From Candidatus Nanopelagicales bacterium (GTDB lineage Bacteria; Actinomycetota; Actinomycetes; S36-B12), in NCBI GenBank assembly GCA_017854795.1, contig JAFMHB010000001.1, forward strand, positions 80,606-144,605: 64,000 nt of DNA, read 5' to 3'. Shown one piece after another: positions 22,190 through 30,864 of the stretch (positions are counted from its first letter, which is position 1; the number at the start of each line of letters is the position of its first letter). The position numbers and the translations under genes are program-made. The notes below the pieces were generated by a model. That model did not search any database. It was not told where the DNA came from and saw nothing but the letters and a program-made list of their open reading frames with translations.

Positions 22190-22465
22190 ATGGATGCCCA
22201 AACTGAACAGTTATGGATGATTGCAAACGTTCTAGGGATTGTGGTTGTTGTGGCTGTAGCCGCACTACTCACGCTCCTCGTAATATTTGTGCATCGCATT
22301 CACGTAAGGGTGGTAAAAATCAAGGCCACCCTAGAAGCAGCCAAGAACAACACCGCTGATACCGCACTCATTGGCGTCACCGCGGGTGGAGTGGAAGCAG
22401 TGTTGGCGGAGGGTCTTGAACATCATTTATTCCTCGGACGAGTACTAGACAAGGTGCGCTCATGA
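22190..22465 (+). CDS. Small single-TM helical protein D (cox-associated)
   Basis: AGGAGG SD; 1-nt gap; TM plus helix with NT motif. Confidence 0.8.
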   Translation: MDAQTEQLWMIANVLGIVVVVAVAALLTLLVIFVHRIHVRVVKIKATLEAAKNNTADTALIGVTAGGVEAVLAEGLEHHLFLGRVLDKVRS

Positions 22466-22821
22466 GTTCATTGCAGTGGTGGTCAGTGATTGACGTTGCT
22501 CTGCTTATCGCAGGGTTAGCGGTGTACTTGTTCATCGTCGGATCGCAATTAAAGAAAGTTGCTGCGAATCTTGAAGAGTCAGCCGAATTAGTCTGGGCGA
22601 TTAAAAATGATGCTGCACTGATTGAGCCAGGCCTCACTTCAATAAACAGCACTGGTCGTGTTGTTGCTGGTGCTCTTCCCTTGCTGTACGGAATGGGGGA
22701 GGGGATAGTTGTTGGAGCAACTTTCGTGCATGAAGATCATGAAGCAGATGGTGTCAACCGTCCAGCAATGGGTACCAGGCGCTCGCGCATGATCGAGGCT
22801 ATGGGCGTCGACATAGATTAG
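22462..22821 (+). CDS. Small single-TM helical protein E (cox-associated)
   Basis: ATGA overlap with D; TM plus helix plus polar tail. Confidence 0.8.
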   Translation: MSSLQWWSVIDVALLIAGLAVYLFIVGSQLKKVAANLEESAELVWAIKNDAALIEPGLTSINSTGRVVAGALPLLYGMGEGIVVGATFVHEDHEADGVNRPAMGTRRSRMIEAMGVDID

Positions 22822-23246
22822 TTCGGCTTGCGACCGGTCGTGAGTGGATCGGTAACGGGGGCGTCGTAGCTTCCAATCCACTCGGCTTTCCAAGCTTTGT
22901 CAAACTTTTCTTCATTGCAACTTGGGTTGTAAACCGAAGCGAGATCGCGCGTTATCTGTTCTCTGTGCGAGCGATTGCTCCCGGGCGCATTGAGCCAGCA
23001 CACGTGCAGGTTGAACTTGCCACCAGCGCGCTCCAACCATGCGGCTGTTCTCGCGTGCTTGAAAGGAAACCCAACCTGTGAGAGGTCATCTGCATGTCCC
23101 ACGTAGATCACTGAAAATTCCTGTGAAGGCTCAGGCTTTGACTTGGTAAGGATGGCGTAAACAGCTGGCTCTTTTGGCGGAGTCCAGCCGGCAAGGGTCC
23201 GGGGGCCTTCAAAGGCGTAACCGGCCAAACTACCGAGTCGAATCAC
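22818..23246 (-). CDS. Hypothetical protein with GIY-YIG-like motif
   Basis: AVYAI...VIYVGHADDL...E...YNP.CN; GTGA overlap with upstream gene. Confidence 0.65.
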   Translation of the reverse strand: MIRLGSLAGYAFEGPRTLAGWTPPKEPAVYAILTKSKPEPSQEFSVIYVGHADDLSQVGFPFKHARTAAWLERAGGKFNLHVCWLNAPGSNRSHREQITRDLASVYNPSCNEEKFDKAWKAEWIGSYDAPVTDPLTTGRKPN

Positions 23247-23539
23247 TGAAGGTCACTATCCAGATCACCAAAGTCTTCGTCCTCACCGAGGGTTTCCACA
23301 CTGGTAACCGGCCACAAAGGAAGCGAAGTCTTTTCGACAGCTTGCGCGAACTGTTTTATCGCTTTATCTGCAGCTTCACTGGAGCCATCAGCTTCCACAA
23401 CTATTTGTGCGCCGTAACCCATGGTGCCGTAGCCGGAGGCGATTCCGTCCAATCCTGCGACAGCATCGGCTAATTCCACTACTTCTTCGAGAGTCACTTC
23501 GCGGTCACCCTCCGCCTGGATAGAAACACTGAATCTCAC
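23243..23539 (-). CDS. Small acidic hypothetical protein
   Basis: Tightly coupled between coxE and the GIY-YIG-like gene; alternating beta/alpha pattern. Confidence 0.7.
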   Translation of the reverse strand: MRFSVSIQAEGDREVTLEEVVELADAVAGLDGIASGYGTMGYGAQIVVEADGSSEAADKAIKQFAQAVEKTSLPLWPVTSVETLGEDEDFGDLDSDLQ

Positions 23540-23541
23540 GC

Positions 23542-24675
23542 TTATCTCACTTTCGAGAGTCGATTGGCTAGGTGCTCAAGGCTAGCAAGATTGTGACCTG
23601 AGTACACCTCGTCTATATAAGGTTCAGCGACAATCATGCCAAGTGATGCAGGTACATAATCCACGACATCGCCCTTATGCGGGTTGACCCAAATAACTCG
23701 GTATGCAATTCGCGAGAGGCTTTCCATAGCTTGCGATAGTGCCGCCGGTTCACCCCGGTCAAGTCCGTCAGAGCAAATAACAACAACGGCTCCACGGCCT
23801 AGTCGTGACCGGCGGGCGTCTTTGGTAAATTCCTTAATCGAGTCGCCGATTCGGGTGCCACCGTCCCAGTCGAATACCGATTCGCCAGCCAGACGCATAG
23901 CCTCATCAGGGTTACGGCGATCTAGGGATCGTGTGATGCGGGTGAGACGGGTTCCAAAACAAAAGACATCAACTTTGGCATTTGCTCGCCGCGCACAATA
24001 AGCAAACTGCAGGAGGTTGCGGGAGTAGTCCGCCATCGAGCCCGAAACGTCAAGGATCAGTACTAATGGACGTAACTTGTTCTTTCGTTTTTTGTAAGCA
24101 AGGTCGCGGGGCTCGCCAAGTTTGCGCATGCTCTCGCGCACCATGCGTCGAAGGTCGAGTCGGGCGGCCTTACGACTCCGAGTCGTCCGGTGAGTTCGGC
24201 GCACAGGCGGGGTAACGCGCATACGAGAGATCAGTTTTCGCACCTGGCGAATTTCGTCCTCGGAGCACTCGGAAAAAGCCTTATAACGATAAACGTCGGA
24301 GGTGCTCGCTAGGTAACCGAGTTTGACTTCATCGGGGCTGATATCACCGGGAACACCTTCTTCGGTGTTCGGAATCTCGAGGGTGGCGCCAACGGTAGAT
24401 GACGATCGAAGAGTGAGCTTTCGGGCGTCTTTGTTGGCTTCCTCGATGTCCAGAAAAAATAGTTTGAAGACCGCGTTGTAGATAGGGACTTGGTCTTGGC
24501 GCCGGATCATCGTGGCCCTACCAGCCCAGTAAACGTCCATCAGGTCGCTGACGTCGAGTTGGGAAACTCCTGAGCAGAAGGTCAATATGTCGTCTGAACC
24601 AATCGATATCCCCGCATGTCTGAGTGTCTGACCGAACTCCACGAGAAGTTCGTCGAACCCGCTAAGAGATGACAT
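23542..24675 (-). CDS. coxE: CoxE-like VWA-domain protein
   Basis: MIDAS LDVSGSM, FGTRLTRIT, GGTRIG, SDGLDRG, WVNP. Confidence 0.92.
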   Translation of the reverse strand: MSSLSGFDELLVEFGQTLRHAGISIGSDDILTFCSGVSQLDVSDLMDVYWAGRATMIRRQDQVPIYNAVFKLFFLDIEEANKDARKLTLRSSSTVGATLEIPNTEEGVPGDISPDEVKLGYLASTSDVYRYKAFSECSEDEIRQVRKLISRMRVTPPVRRTHRTTRSRKAARLDLRRMVRESMRKLGEPRDLAYKKRKNKLRPLVLILDVSGSMADYSRNLLQFAYCARRANAKVDVFCFGTRLTRITRSLDRRNPDEAMRLAGESVFDWDGGTRIGDSIKEFTKDARRSRLGRGAVVVICSDGLDRGEPAALSQAMESLSRIAYRVIWVNPHKGDVVDYVPASLGMIVAEPYIDEVYSGHNLASLEHLANRLSKVR

Positions 24676-25522
24676 CCTGAATACTTCGAGAGGCAAACTC
24701 CAAATCATCGCGATCCTTGACGACAGCACCGAGGGTATCAATTGCGACTTCAGCGGTAAGAGTTTTTGCACCTAGCGCGCTGACGCTTTCCGCCCAGTCA
24801 ATAGTTTCTGCTACGCCGGGAAGTTTCTCGAGATCCATCGCGCGAAGTCGATTGACAGCATGGACAACCTGATTCGCGAGAGCTGGGCCTATTTCTGGGA
24901 GTCTCGACCTAACAATCTCGATTTCGCGTTCGCTTTCGGGGAAGCCGATCCAGGTGTAAAGGCAACGGCGTTTGAGAGCGTCGTGCAGTTCCCGAGTTCG
25001 GTTCGAAGTAAGGATGACAATAGGCCGGGATTGCGCACTAATCGTTCCCACCTCGGGGATGGTAACTTGGAAATCACCAAGTAGTTCAAGAAGGAATGCT
25101 TCAAATTCGTCATCGGCTCGGTCGATTTCATCAATCAAGAGAACACATTGATCCCCTGCTCGAACGGCCTTGAGTAGCGGCCGCTCGAGCAGGAACCGCG
25201 GACCGAAAAGTTGTTCGTCAGAGGCGTCATCCGTGGCTAGGGAACGCACGAACAGCATTTGGCGGGCGTAGTCCCATTCGTACAGGGCTTGATGCATATC
25301 GATGCCCTCATAGCACTGCAGTCGAATTAAATCTCGGCCCAGCATCGTGGAAACAGTGCGAGCGAGTTCCGTCTTGCCAACGCCTACTTCGCCCTCAAGG
25401 AGCAAAGGTTTACCGAGTTTGAGTGACAGTAGTAGAGATGTCGTTAGACCACGATCGGCGATATAACCACGATCTGCCAGATCGCTGGTGAGCTGCGAAA
25501 CTGTTAGTTCTTCGAACGCCAT
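24662..25522 (-). CDS. coxD: CoxD-like MoxR AAA+ ATPase
   Basis: LLEGEVGVGKT, RLQCYEG, LIDEIDRAD, TSNRTRELHDALKRRC. Confidence 0.94.
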   Translation of the reverse strand: MAFEELTVSQLTSDLADRGYIADRGLTTSLLLSLKLGKPLLLEGEVGVGKTELARTVSTMLGRDLIRLQCYEGIDMHQALYEWDYARQMLFVRSLATDDASDEQLFGPRFLLERPLLKAVRAGDQCVLLIDEIDRADDEFEAFLLELLGDFQVTIPEVGTISAQSRPIVILTSNRTRELHDALKRRCLYTWIGFPESEREIEIVRSRLPEIGPALANQVVHAVNRLRAMDLEKLPGVAETIDWAESVSALGAKTLTAEVAIDTLGAVVKDRDDLEFASRSIQDVIS

Positions 25523-25527
25523 GGAAG

Positions 25528-25776
25528 TTAGTCCACTTGGCCAAGGACGAGCTCACCCAGCGAGGCCGAACCGAGTTTGCCTTCTCTTGCCAGTTTGTTC
25601 TTCCAGGCGGTTGCCATGTCTACGCCCTCTTCGGCGAAGCCATCATATGAAACGTCTTTCATGTTCCGACACACCTTGTTCGGCGTACATTCCTCGTCCA
25701 TTTCAGTCATGGCTCCAGGAGTTCCCTGCCAAACGGCACGGAGGACCTCGGCTGCTTTTTCACTTTCGGTCGACAT
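25528..25776 (-). CDS. Small hypothetical protein leading the coxDE operon
   Basis: AGGGAG SD; 82 aa; CTPNKVC; 5-nt gap to coxD. Confidence 0.65.
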   Translation of the reverse strand: MSTESEKAAEVLRAVWQGTPGAMTEMDEECTPNKVCRNMKDVSYDGFAEEGVDMATAWKNKLAREGKLGSASLGELVLGQVD

Positions 25777-25941
25777 GGGCTGCTCCCTGGTTATGTGAGT
25801 CACCCAAGGTTACCAGCAGAATGAGACCTTCGCAGCCAGGTCGCCAATTGGCTGGTCCGGGAAATTACCCAATCGTCTGGGAAATGTGACTTGCTTTGGA
25901 AATTCTGCAGTTCGGAGAGTCTCAGAGCGTAGAGTTATCGC

Positions 25942-27159
25942 ATGCTTAGCGTTGCGGAATACCTCGACCTTGTCCTTGACAGCGTCAGTGAACTTCCCGC
26001 GATGGAATTGCCCATCTCAGACGTGAATGGATGCGTACTTGCCCAAGATATTTATGCACGTTGGCCACTCCCTTCCTTCGATAACTCGTCAATGGACGGT
26101 TACGCGGTAATTGCCGCAGATTTGGCACATGCGAGTGAGAGTGTGCCGATTTCGCTACCCGTGATTGACGACATCCCTGCTGGGTTCAAGTCATTGGAAA
26201 CTTTGCAAAGTGGTCAGGCCATCCGAATTATGACCGGCGCCCCGATGCCAGCGGGCGCGGACAGCGTGATTCGTGTTGAGGACACTGATGGTGGCAGCGG
26301 GGTTGTCCGGATTCAGGTACCAATTGAGGTGGGAAGTTGTGTGCGTCGTGAAGGTGAAGACGTGCAGGCGGGTGACCTAGTGCTGACAAAGGGTACGTTC
26401 ATCGGTCCGCGTCAGATTGCTTTGATCGCGGCGGTGGGACACGGTGTCATTTCCGTGATCCCTAAGCCACGGGTTGCGGTTCTTGCGACAGGAAGTGAAC
26501 TCGTTGAACCTGGGACCGAGCTCAAGTACGGTTTGATTTCGGATTCAAATAGTTTCCTCATTACTGCAATTGCTAATGACAGTGGAGCCACCGCATACAG
26601 GCTTCCACCTGTACAAGATGACGAAGACGCGTTAATTGAGATCCTGCAGGACCAAGTGCACCGAGCTGACCTCATCATCACAACCGGGGGAGTGAGTATG
26701 GGTGCCTACGATCCCGTTAAATCTGCATTTCTGAAGCTGGGAACGGCCCAGTTTCACAAAGTGGCAATGCAACCGGGAATGCCACAAGGTTTCGGCAGTG
26801 TTGGTGAGCCTGCGATCCCGATCATCACACTTCCGGGTAATCCGGTGAGCGCTTATGTTTCCTTCGAGGTGTTCATTCGCCCGGCAATTCGCAAGATGCG
26901 GGGCTTGAAGCAGTTGGAGCGCCCGCATCGGTCGGCAACGTTGAAGGGTGAATTGCAATCACCAATCAACAAGGTGCAGTTTGCTCGAGGTCGCTTTATG
27001 GCCGAGGAGCAGGTTGAACTTGTGGGTACTGGACAGGGATCACATGTTCTTGGTGGACTCGCGCAAGCAGATGCACTCATTGTGATTCCGGTGGGTGTTG
27101 ACAGTATTACCAATGGAGAGCAGGTTCAGGTAATTGATGTGAGAGGTGATTTGACATGA
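25942..27159 (+). CDS. moeA: Molybdopterin molybdotransferase
   Basis: FDNSSMDGYA, RIMTGAPMP, TGGVSMGAYD, LPGNPVS. Confidence 0.96.
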   Translation: MLSVAEYLDLVLDSVSELPAMELPISDVNGCVLAQDIYARWPLPSFDNSSMDGYAVIAADLAHASESVPISLPVIDDIPAGFKSLETLQSGQAIRIMTGAPMPAGADSVIRVEDTDGGSGVVRIQVPIEVGSCVRREGEDVQAGDLVLTKGTFIGPRQIALIAAVGHGVISVIPKPRVAVLATGSELVEPGTELKYGLISDSNSFLITAIANDSGATAYRLPPVQDDEDALIEILQDQVHRADLIITTGGVSMGAYDPVKSAFLKLGTAQFHKVAMQPGMPQGFGSVGEPAIPIITLPGNPVSAYVSFEVFIRPAIRKMRGLKQLERPHRSATLKGELQSPINKVQFARGRFMAEEQVELVGTGQGSHVLGGLAQADALIVIPVGVDSITNGEQVQVIDVRGDLT

Positions 27160-27635
27160 GCGCATTCCCGCATCTCAATGATCAAGGTGATGCCCACATG
27201 GTGGATGTGACCGCTAAGAGTGTCACCGAAAGATCGGCTACTGCTCGTTCTCGGGTTTCTATGAGCGATGAAGTTGTTAGTCGTTTGCGCGCAGGGGATA
27301 TGCCGAAAGGTGATGCATTTGCCGTAGCACGTATTGCTGCGATCTCGGCATCAAAAAAGACGAGTGAACTGATTCCGTTATGTCATCCGCTGGCAATCCA
27401 CGGTGTCAACGTTGATTTGTCACTTGATACAACGGGAGTCGAGATCACCGTGACGGTAAAGACCGCTGATCGGACCGGAGTTGAAATGGAGGCATTGACG
27501 GCCGCATCCGTTGGAGCCCTGGCACTCATCGATATGGTCAAAGGCCTTGATCGGCTTGCTCGTATTGAATACGTCGAGTTGTTGGAAAAAAAGGGTGGGC
27601 GCTCAGGCCATTGGATTCGCAGTGAAAATGAGTGA
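27156..27635 (+). CDS. moaC: Cyclic pyranopterin monophosphate synthase
   Basis: AHMVDV, LIPLCHP, TGVEMEAL, KKGGRSG. Confidence 0.97.
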   Translation: MSAFPHLNDQGDAHMVDVTAKSVTERSATARSRVSMSDEVVSRLRAGDMPKGDAFAVARIAAISASKKTSELIPLCHPLAIHGVNVDLSLDTTGVEITVTVKTADRTGVEMEALTAASVGALALIDMVKGLDRLARIEYVELLEKKGGRSGHWIRSENE

Positions 27636-27638
27636 ACA

Positions 27639-28124
27639 GTGAGCATGAGCAACTTCACGGCGCAGGTAATAACTGTTTCTACCCGGGGTTCCCAGGGCCT
27701 TCGAGCTGATACCTCCGGCGAAATCTTGGCAACAGCCTTGACCGAACTCGGTTTGGTTTGCTCACCCACGGTGATCATCGCTGATGGTCCGGGGGTATCC
27801 ACCGAGATTGTGCGAGCGGTTGAAACAGGTCACTCGCTCGTTGTGACAACCGGTGGCACGGGTATTTCGCCAACAGATCAAACGCCGGAGTTCACCCGGT
27901 CGGTGATAGACCGAGAAATACCGGGAATCGCGGAGGCGATTCGCGCTTATGGCCGTGGGAATGGGATTGCAACTGCATCCCTGTCCAGGGGAATCGCGGG
28001 GCAGTTGGCTAACTCACTGGTCATCAATGTCCCCGGTTCTCCCGGTGGCGCTCGCGATGCCGCCGCTGTCCTTGGGGAAATTGTGATCCATGCGCTCGAG
28101 CAAATAGCCGGATCAGATCACTAG
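27639..28124 (+). CDS. MogA/MoaB molybdopterin adenylyltransferase
   Basis: DTSG, TTGGTGISPTDQTPE, SRGIAG, NVPGSP. Confidence 0.92.
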   Translation: MSMSNFTAQVITVSTRGSQGLRADTSGEILATALTELGLVCSPTVIIADGPGVSTEIVRAVETGHSLVVTTGGTGISPTDQTPEFTRSVIDREIPGIAEAIRAYGRGNGIATASLSRGIAGQLANSLVINVPGSPGGARDAAAVLGEIVIHALEQIAGSDH

Positions 28125-28144
28125 TTCACCTGTTTTCACGCTGC

Positions 28145-28645
28145 CTAAATGAAGAGCAACTGCGCTCCGTCGGTCATCTCAATAAAAGCGCTAGCGTTAA
28201 TGATTGCATCAACGCCCTCGTAGAGATCCTCTTTAACTAGATGGTTCATGTCAGCGCTGAGTTGGCATGCCCAGATATTTGCACCCGAATCTTTGAGAAG
28301 GTCAAGGAAATCCCGCACTTCAGGAACGTCAAGTTCAGCGAGGGATTTCTTGAGTGAATGCGTTGCGAACGAGGTAACACCCGGTAGAGGACCGAGCGCC
28401 GCCGGCATGTGCGTCGCTGTATTGCCCACCGGTGAAAATTTGAGATGGTCCATGGTCTTGTTGTTGATAATGTCAAAACCCCAGAAGGTGAAGAATAAAT
28501 CAACAGCAATGCCTTCACCCAAGGCAGCGTTACCCAAAATGAATGCCGGGTAAGCCATATCGAGTGAGCCTTTTGAGCAGATAATCGCTAATTTTCTGCC
28601 CGAATCTTCGTCGTTCCCAAATGAAGGAACAATCATGTCGCTCAT
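28145..28645 (-). CDS. DsrE/DrsE_2-family sulfur-relay protein
   Basis: KGSLDMAYP, LFFTFWG, WACQLS, LFI terminus. Confidence 0.9.
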   Translation of the reverse strand: MSDMIVPSFGNDEDSGRKLAIICSKGSLDMAYPAFILGNAALGEGIAVDLFFTFWGFDIINNKTMDHLKFSPVGNTATHMPAALGPLPGVTSFATHSLKKSLAELDVPEVRDFLDLLKDSGANIWACQLSADMNHLVKEDLYEGVDAIINASAFIEMTDGAQLLFI

Positions 28646-28956
28646 ACGCAGCCAGCTGGCTTCGGTAGACCGGCAATGTAGGACATTTTCTTTGCGGGCT
28701 TCTTAGGAAACAATGCAAAGAGAGACTTAGTATCAATTCCACCGGCCGTGGAAACGCGACGCAAAGTGGGGGTGGCGCCATTGACTTTGAAATCTTCCCG
28801 CAGAAAATTGATAACTTTCCAATGTTCATCTGTGAGATCAACGCCGATTGCGGTTGCTAGAGCGCAGGCTATTGATGGATCCCATTGATCGTATTCGGTG
28901 AGAAATCCTTCATCATCGACGGAAATGTCGTGACCTTCAATTACTGTTGTTGGCAT
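28642..28956 (-). CDS. TusE/DsrC-family sulfur-relay protein
   Basis: DDEGFL, LTDEHW, LFP, AGLPKPAGCV. Confidence 0.93.
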   Translation of the reverse strand: MPTTVIEGHDISVDDEGFLTEYDQWDPSIACALATAIGVDLTDEHWKVINFLREDFKVNGATPTLRRVSTAGGIDTKSLFALFPKKPAKKMSYIAGLPKPAGCV

Positions 28957-28976
28957 TGCAAATCCTTTCTCGTTTT

Positions 28977-30242
28977 TTAGAGTGCAGCTTTTGCGAGTTT
29001 GGCTTCGTCGAGCATGTCAGTGTTTTTCCCACTGAGACTCATGTGGGCGGGGACGGGCATTTGTCGCCCGGGCATCAAGATGTTCCAGTACACCCACCGG
29101 AACGCCATTTTTCCCATGTGATTCATCCGAGTTTTTTTCAACAGGCTCATTGGTCCAACGATCGGGTAGGGGTACCTGCCGGGGAGTGGCTCCACGTTGT
29201 AGTTGAAGTCAATCAACATCGCTTTACCTCCACCCGTTTCAATAAAGCAGTTAGCGTGGCCATCAAAGCGGTGGGTCATTTCTTTCCCAGCAATGTGCTC
29301 CAAGAAATTCTCGATGAAAATATCGACTTCAAAGTGTGCAACCGATCCGGCCTTGGAAGCAGGAATATTGTTCGCGTCACCGAGAGCGAAAACATTTGAA
29401 TACTTGTTGGAAAGTTGGGTAAATTTGTCAACGGGAACCAGATTGAGTTCATTGCCGAGCCCAGAGGCTGTGAGAAAGTCCTGACCCATGTTGACCGGGA
29501 TGCTGACCAGAAGGTCAAATGGAATCCGGCGTTCATCAAATGAAATGATCTCGTTGGTGTCGTTATCAACCTCCATCAGCATGAAGTCTGGCTCAACCGA
29601 AATTGATTTTTCTTCCAAGGTGGCCCCGAACGCCTGAGCGGCAATCGGTTGGGTGAAGGCAGCGCCCAGAGGTGTGACATAGGTCATCGTCACTTTGTCT
29701 CGTATACCGCGGGATTTAAAATAATCGTCGGCAAGGAATGCAAATTCAAGTGGAGCGACCGGACACTTAATCGGCATTTCAACAATATTGATGACAACGT
29801 TGCCAGCATCAAAGCGCTTCAATCTTTCTGCGAGAGCCTTAGAGCCTTCATAACTGTAGAACTCGTGAACGGCGTCGTTGGACGAAAGACCCTCGGCTAA
29901 CCCATCCGTTTGGTCCGCACGGGGGGATACGCCCGTTGCAATGATTAAATAATCGTAATCGAACTCGCTACCATCAACCAAGAAGACTTTATTGGAGTCT
30001 CCATCGATCCGGTCGATTTCACCTAACACTAGGTTAACTTTTTTGTTTAACGTTTCCCGACGCGAGCGGGTGATTTGATCGGGGGAGTATGTGCCAAACG
30101 GCATGAATAAAAACCCAGGCTGGTACCGGTGATTGTCATCACGATCAACAACAGTGACTTTCCAGTCCTTGAGCAGGTGAGCCAGGCGATTCGCGGACAT
30201 TGTGCCGGCGGTGCCACCACCGAGTACAAGGAGTTTTTTCAT
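28977..30242 (-). CDS. Sulfide:quinone oxidoreductase-like FAD oxidoreductase
   Basis: LGGGTAG, YQPG, IKCPVAPLE, ALGDA, SKAGS, NCFIETG; GGAGG SD. Confidence 0.85.
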   Translation of the reverse strand: MKKLLVLGGGTAGTMSANRLAHLLKDWKVTVVDRDDNHRYQPGFLFMPFGTYSPDQITRSRRETLNKKVNLVLGEIDRIDGDSNKVFLVDGSEFDYDYLIIATGVSPRADQTDGLAEGLSSNDAVHEFYSYEGSKALAERLKRFDAGNVVINIVEMPIKCPVAPLEFAFLADDYFKSRGIRDKVTMTYVTPLGAAFTQPIAAQAFGATLEEKSISVEPDFMLMEVDNDTNEIISFDERRIPFDLLVSIPVNMGQDFLTASGLGNELNLVPVDKFTQLSNKYSNVFALGDANNIPASKAGSVAHFEVDIFIENFLEHIAGKEMTHRFDGHANCFIETGGGKAMLIDFNYNVEPLPGRYPYPIVGPMSLLKKTRMNHMGKMAFRWVYWNILMPGRQMPVPAHMSLSGKNTDMLDEAKLAKAAL

Positions 30243-30312
30243 ACCTCCACGGTAAACGGAAGAATCGAGGAGCGACGGTGCCAATGGTAGGGACTTAAAG
30301 GGTCAAAGGTCC

Positions 30313-30804
30313 CTAGTGGGATTTGGCTCGCTTCCATGAACTGTGAATTTCGTCTTCAGCCTCTTTGCGTCCGGTCCACGTAGCCCCTTCAACGGACTTA
30401 CCGGGTTCAAGATCTTTGTACACCTCAAAGAAATGTTGTATTTCGAGGCGGTCGAATTCGGCAACATGATGAATATCGCGGAGGTGCTCCATGCGGGGGT
30501 CACCTGCAGGGACGCACAGCAACTTGTCATCGCCGCCCGCTTCGTCGGTCATCCGGAACATTCCCACGGTTCGGCAAGAAATCACTACGCCAGGGAAAGT
30601 GGGTTCCTGAACGAGTACGAGAGCATCGAGTGGGTCCCCATCAAGGCCGAGAGTGTTATCGATGAATCCGTAGTCGTGTGGATAACGCGTTGAGGTGAAA
30701 AGCATCCGATCCAGTCGAATTCGGCCGCTCGTGTGGTCAACTTCGTACTTATTGCGACTTCCGCCAGGGATTTCAATTGTGACGTCAAAAACGAGGGGAT
30801 CCAT
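30313..30804 (-). CDS. ppa: Inorganic pyrophosphatase
   Basis: [29 protein letters not shown]. Confidence 0.97.
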   Translation of the reverse strand: MDPLVFDVTIEIPGGSRNKYEVDHTSGRIRLDRMLFTSTRYPHDYGFIDNTLGLDGDPLDALVLVQEPTFPGVVISCRTVGMFRMTDEAGGDDKLLCVPAGDPRMEHLRDIHHVAEFDRLEIQHFFEVYKDLEPGKSVEGATWTGRKEAEDEIHSSWKRAKSH

Positions 30805-30864
30805 AGGTGCACATTAGCCGGGCAGTGCCATTTGTTAGCGCAGCGGTGACTTACAGTAGTAGGG

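Noticed and set aside
22818..23246. Homing endonuclease or mobile element
   Set aside because: Too short, no DNA-binding extension, no intron or IS features; coupled within the coxDE operon.
28642..28956. Evidence for dissimilatory sulfite reduction or reverse Dsr
   Set aside because: Only one C-terminal Cys and no dsrAB/MK in the window; TusE-like.
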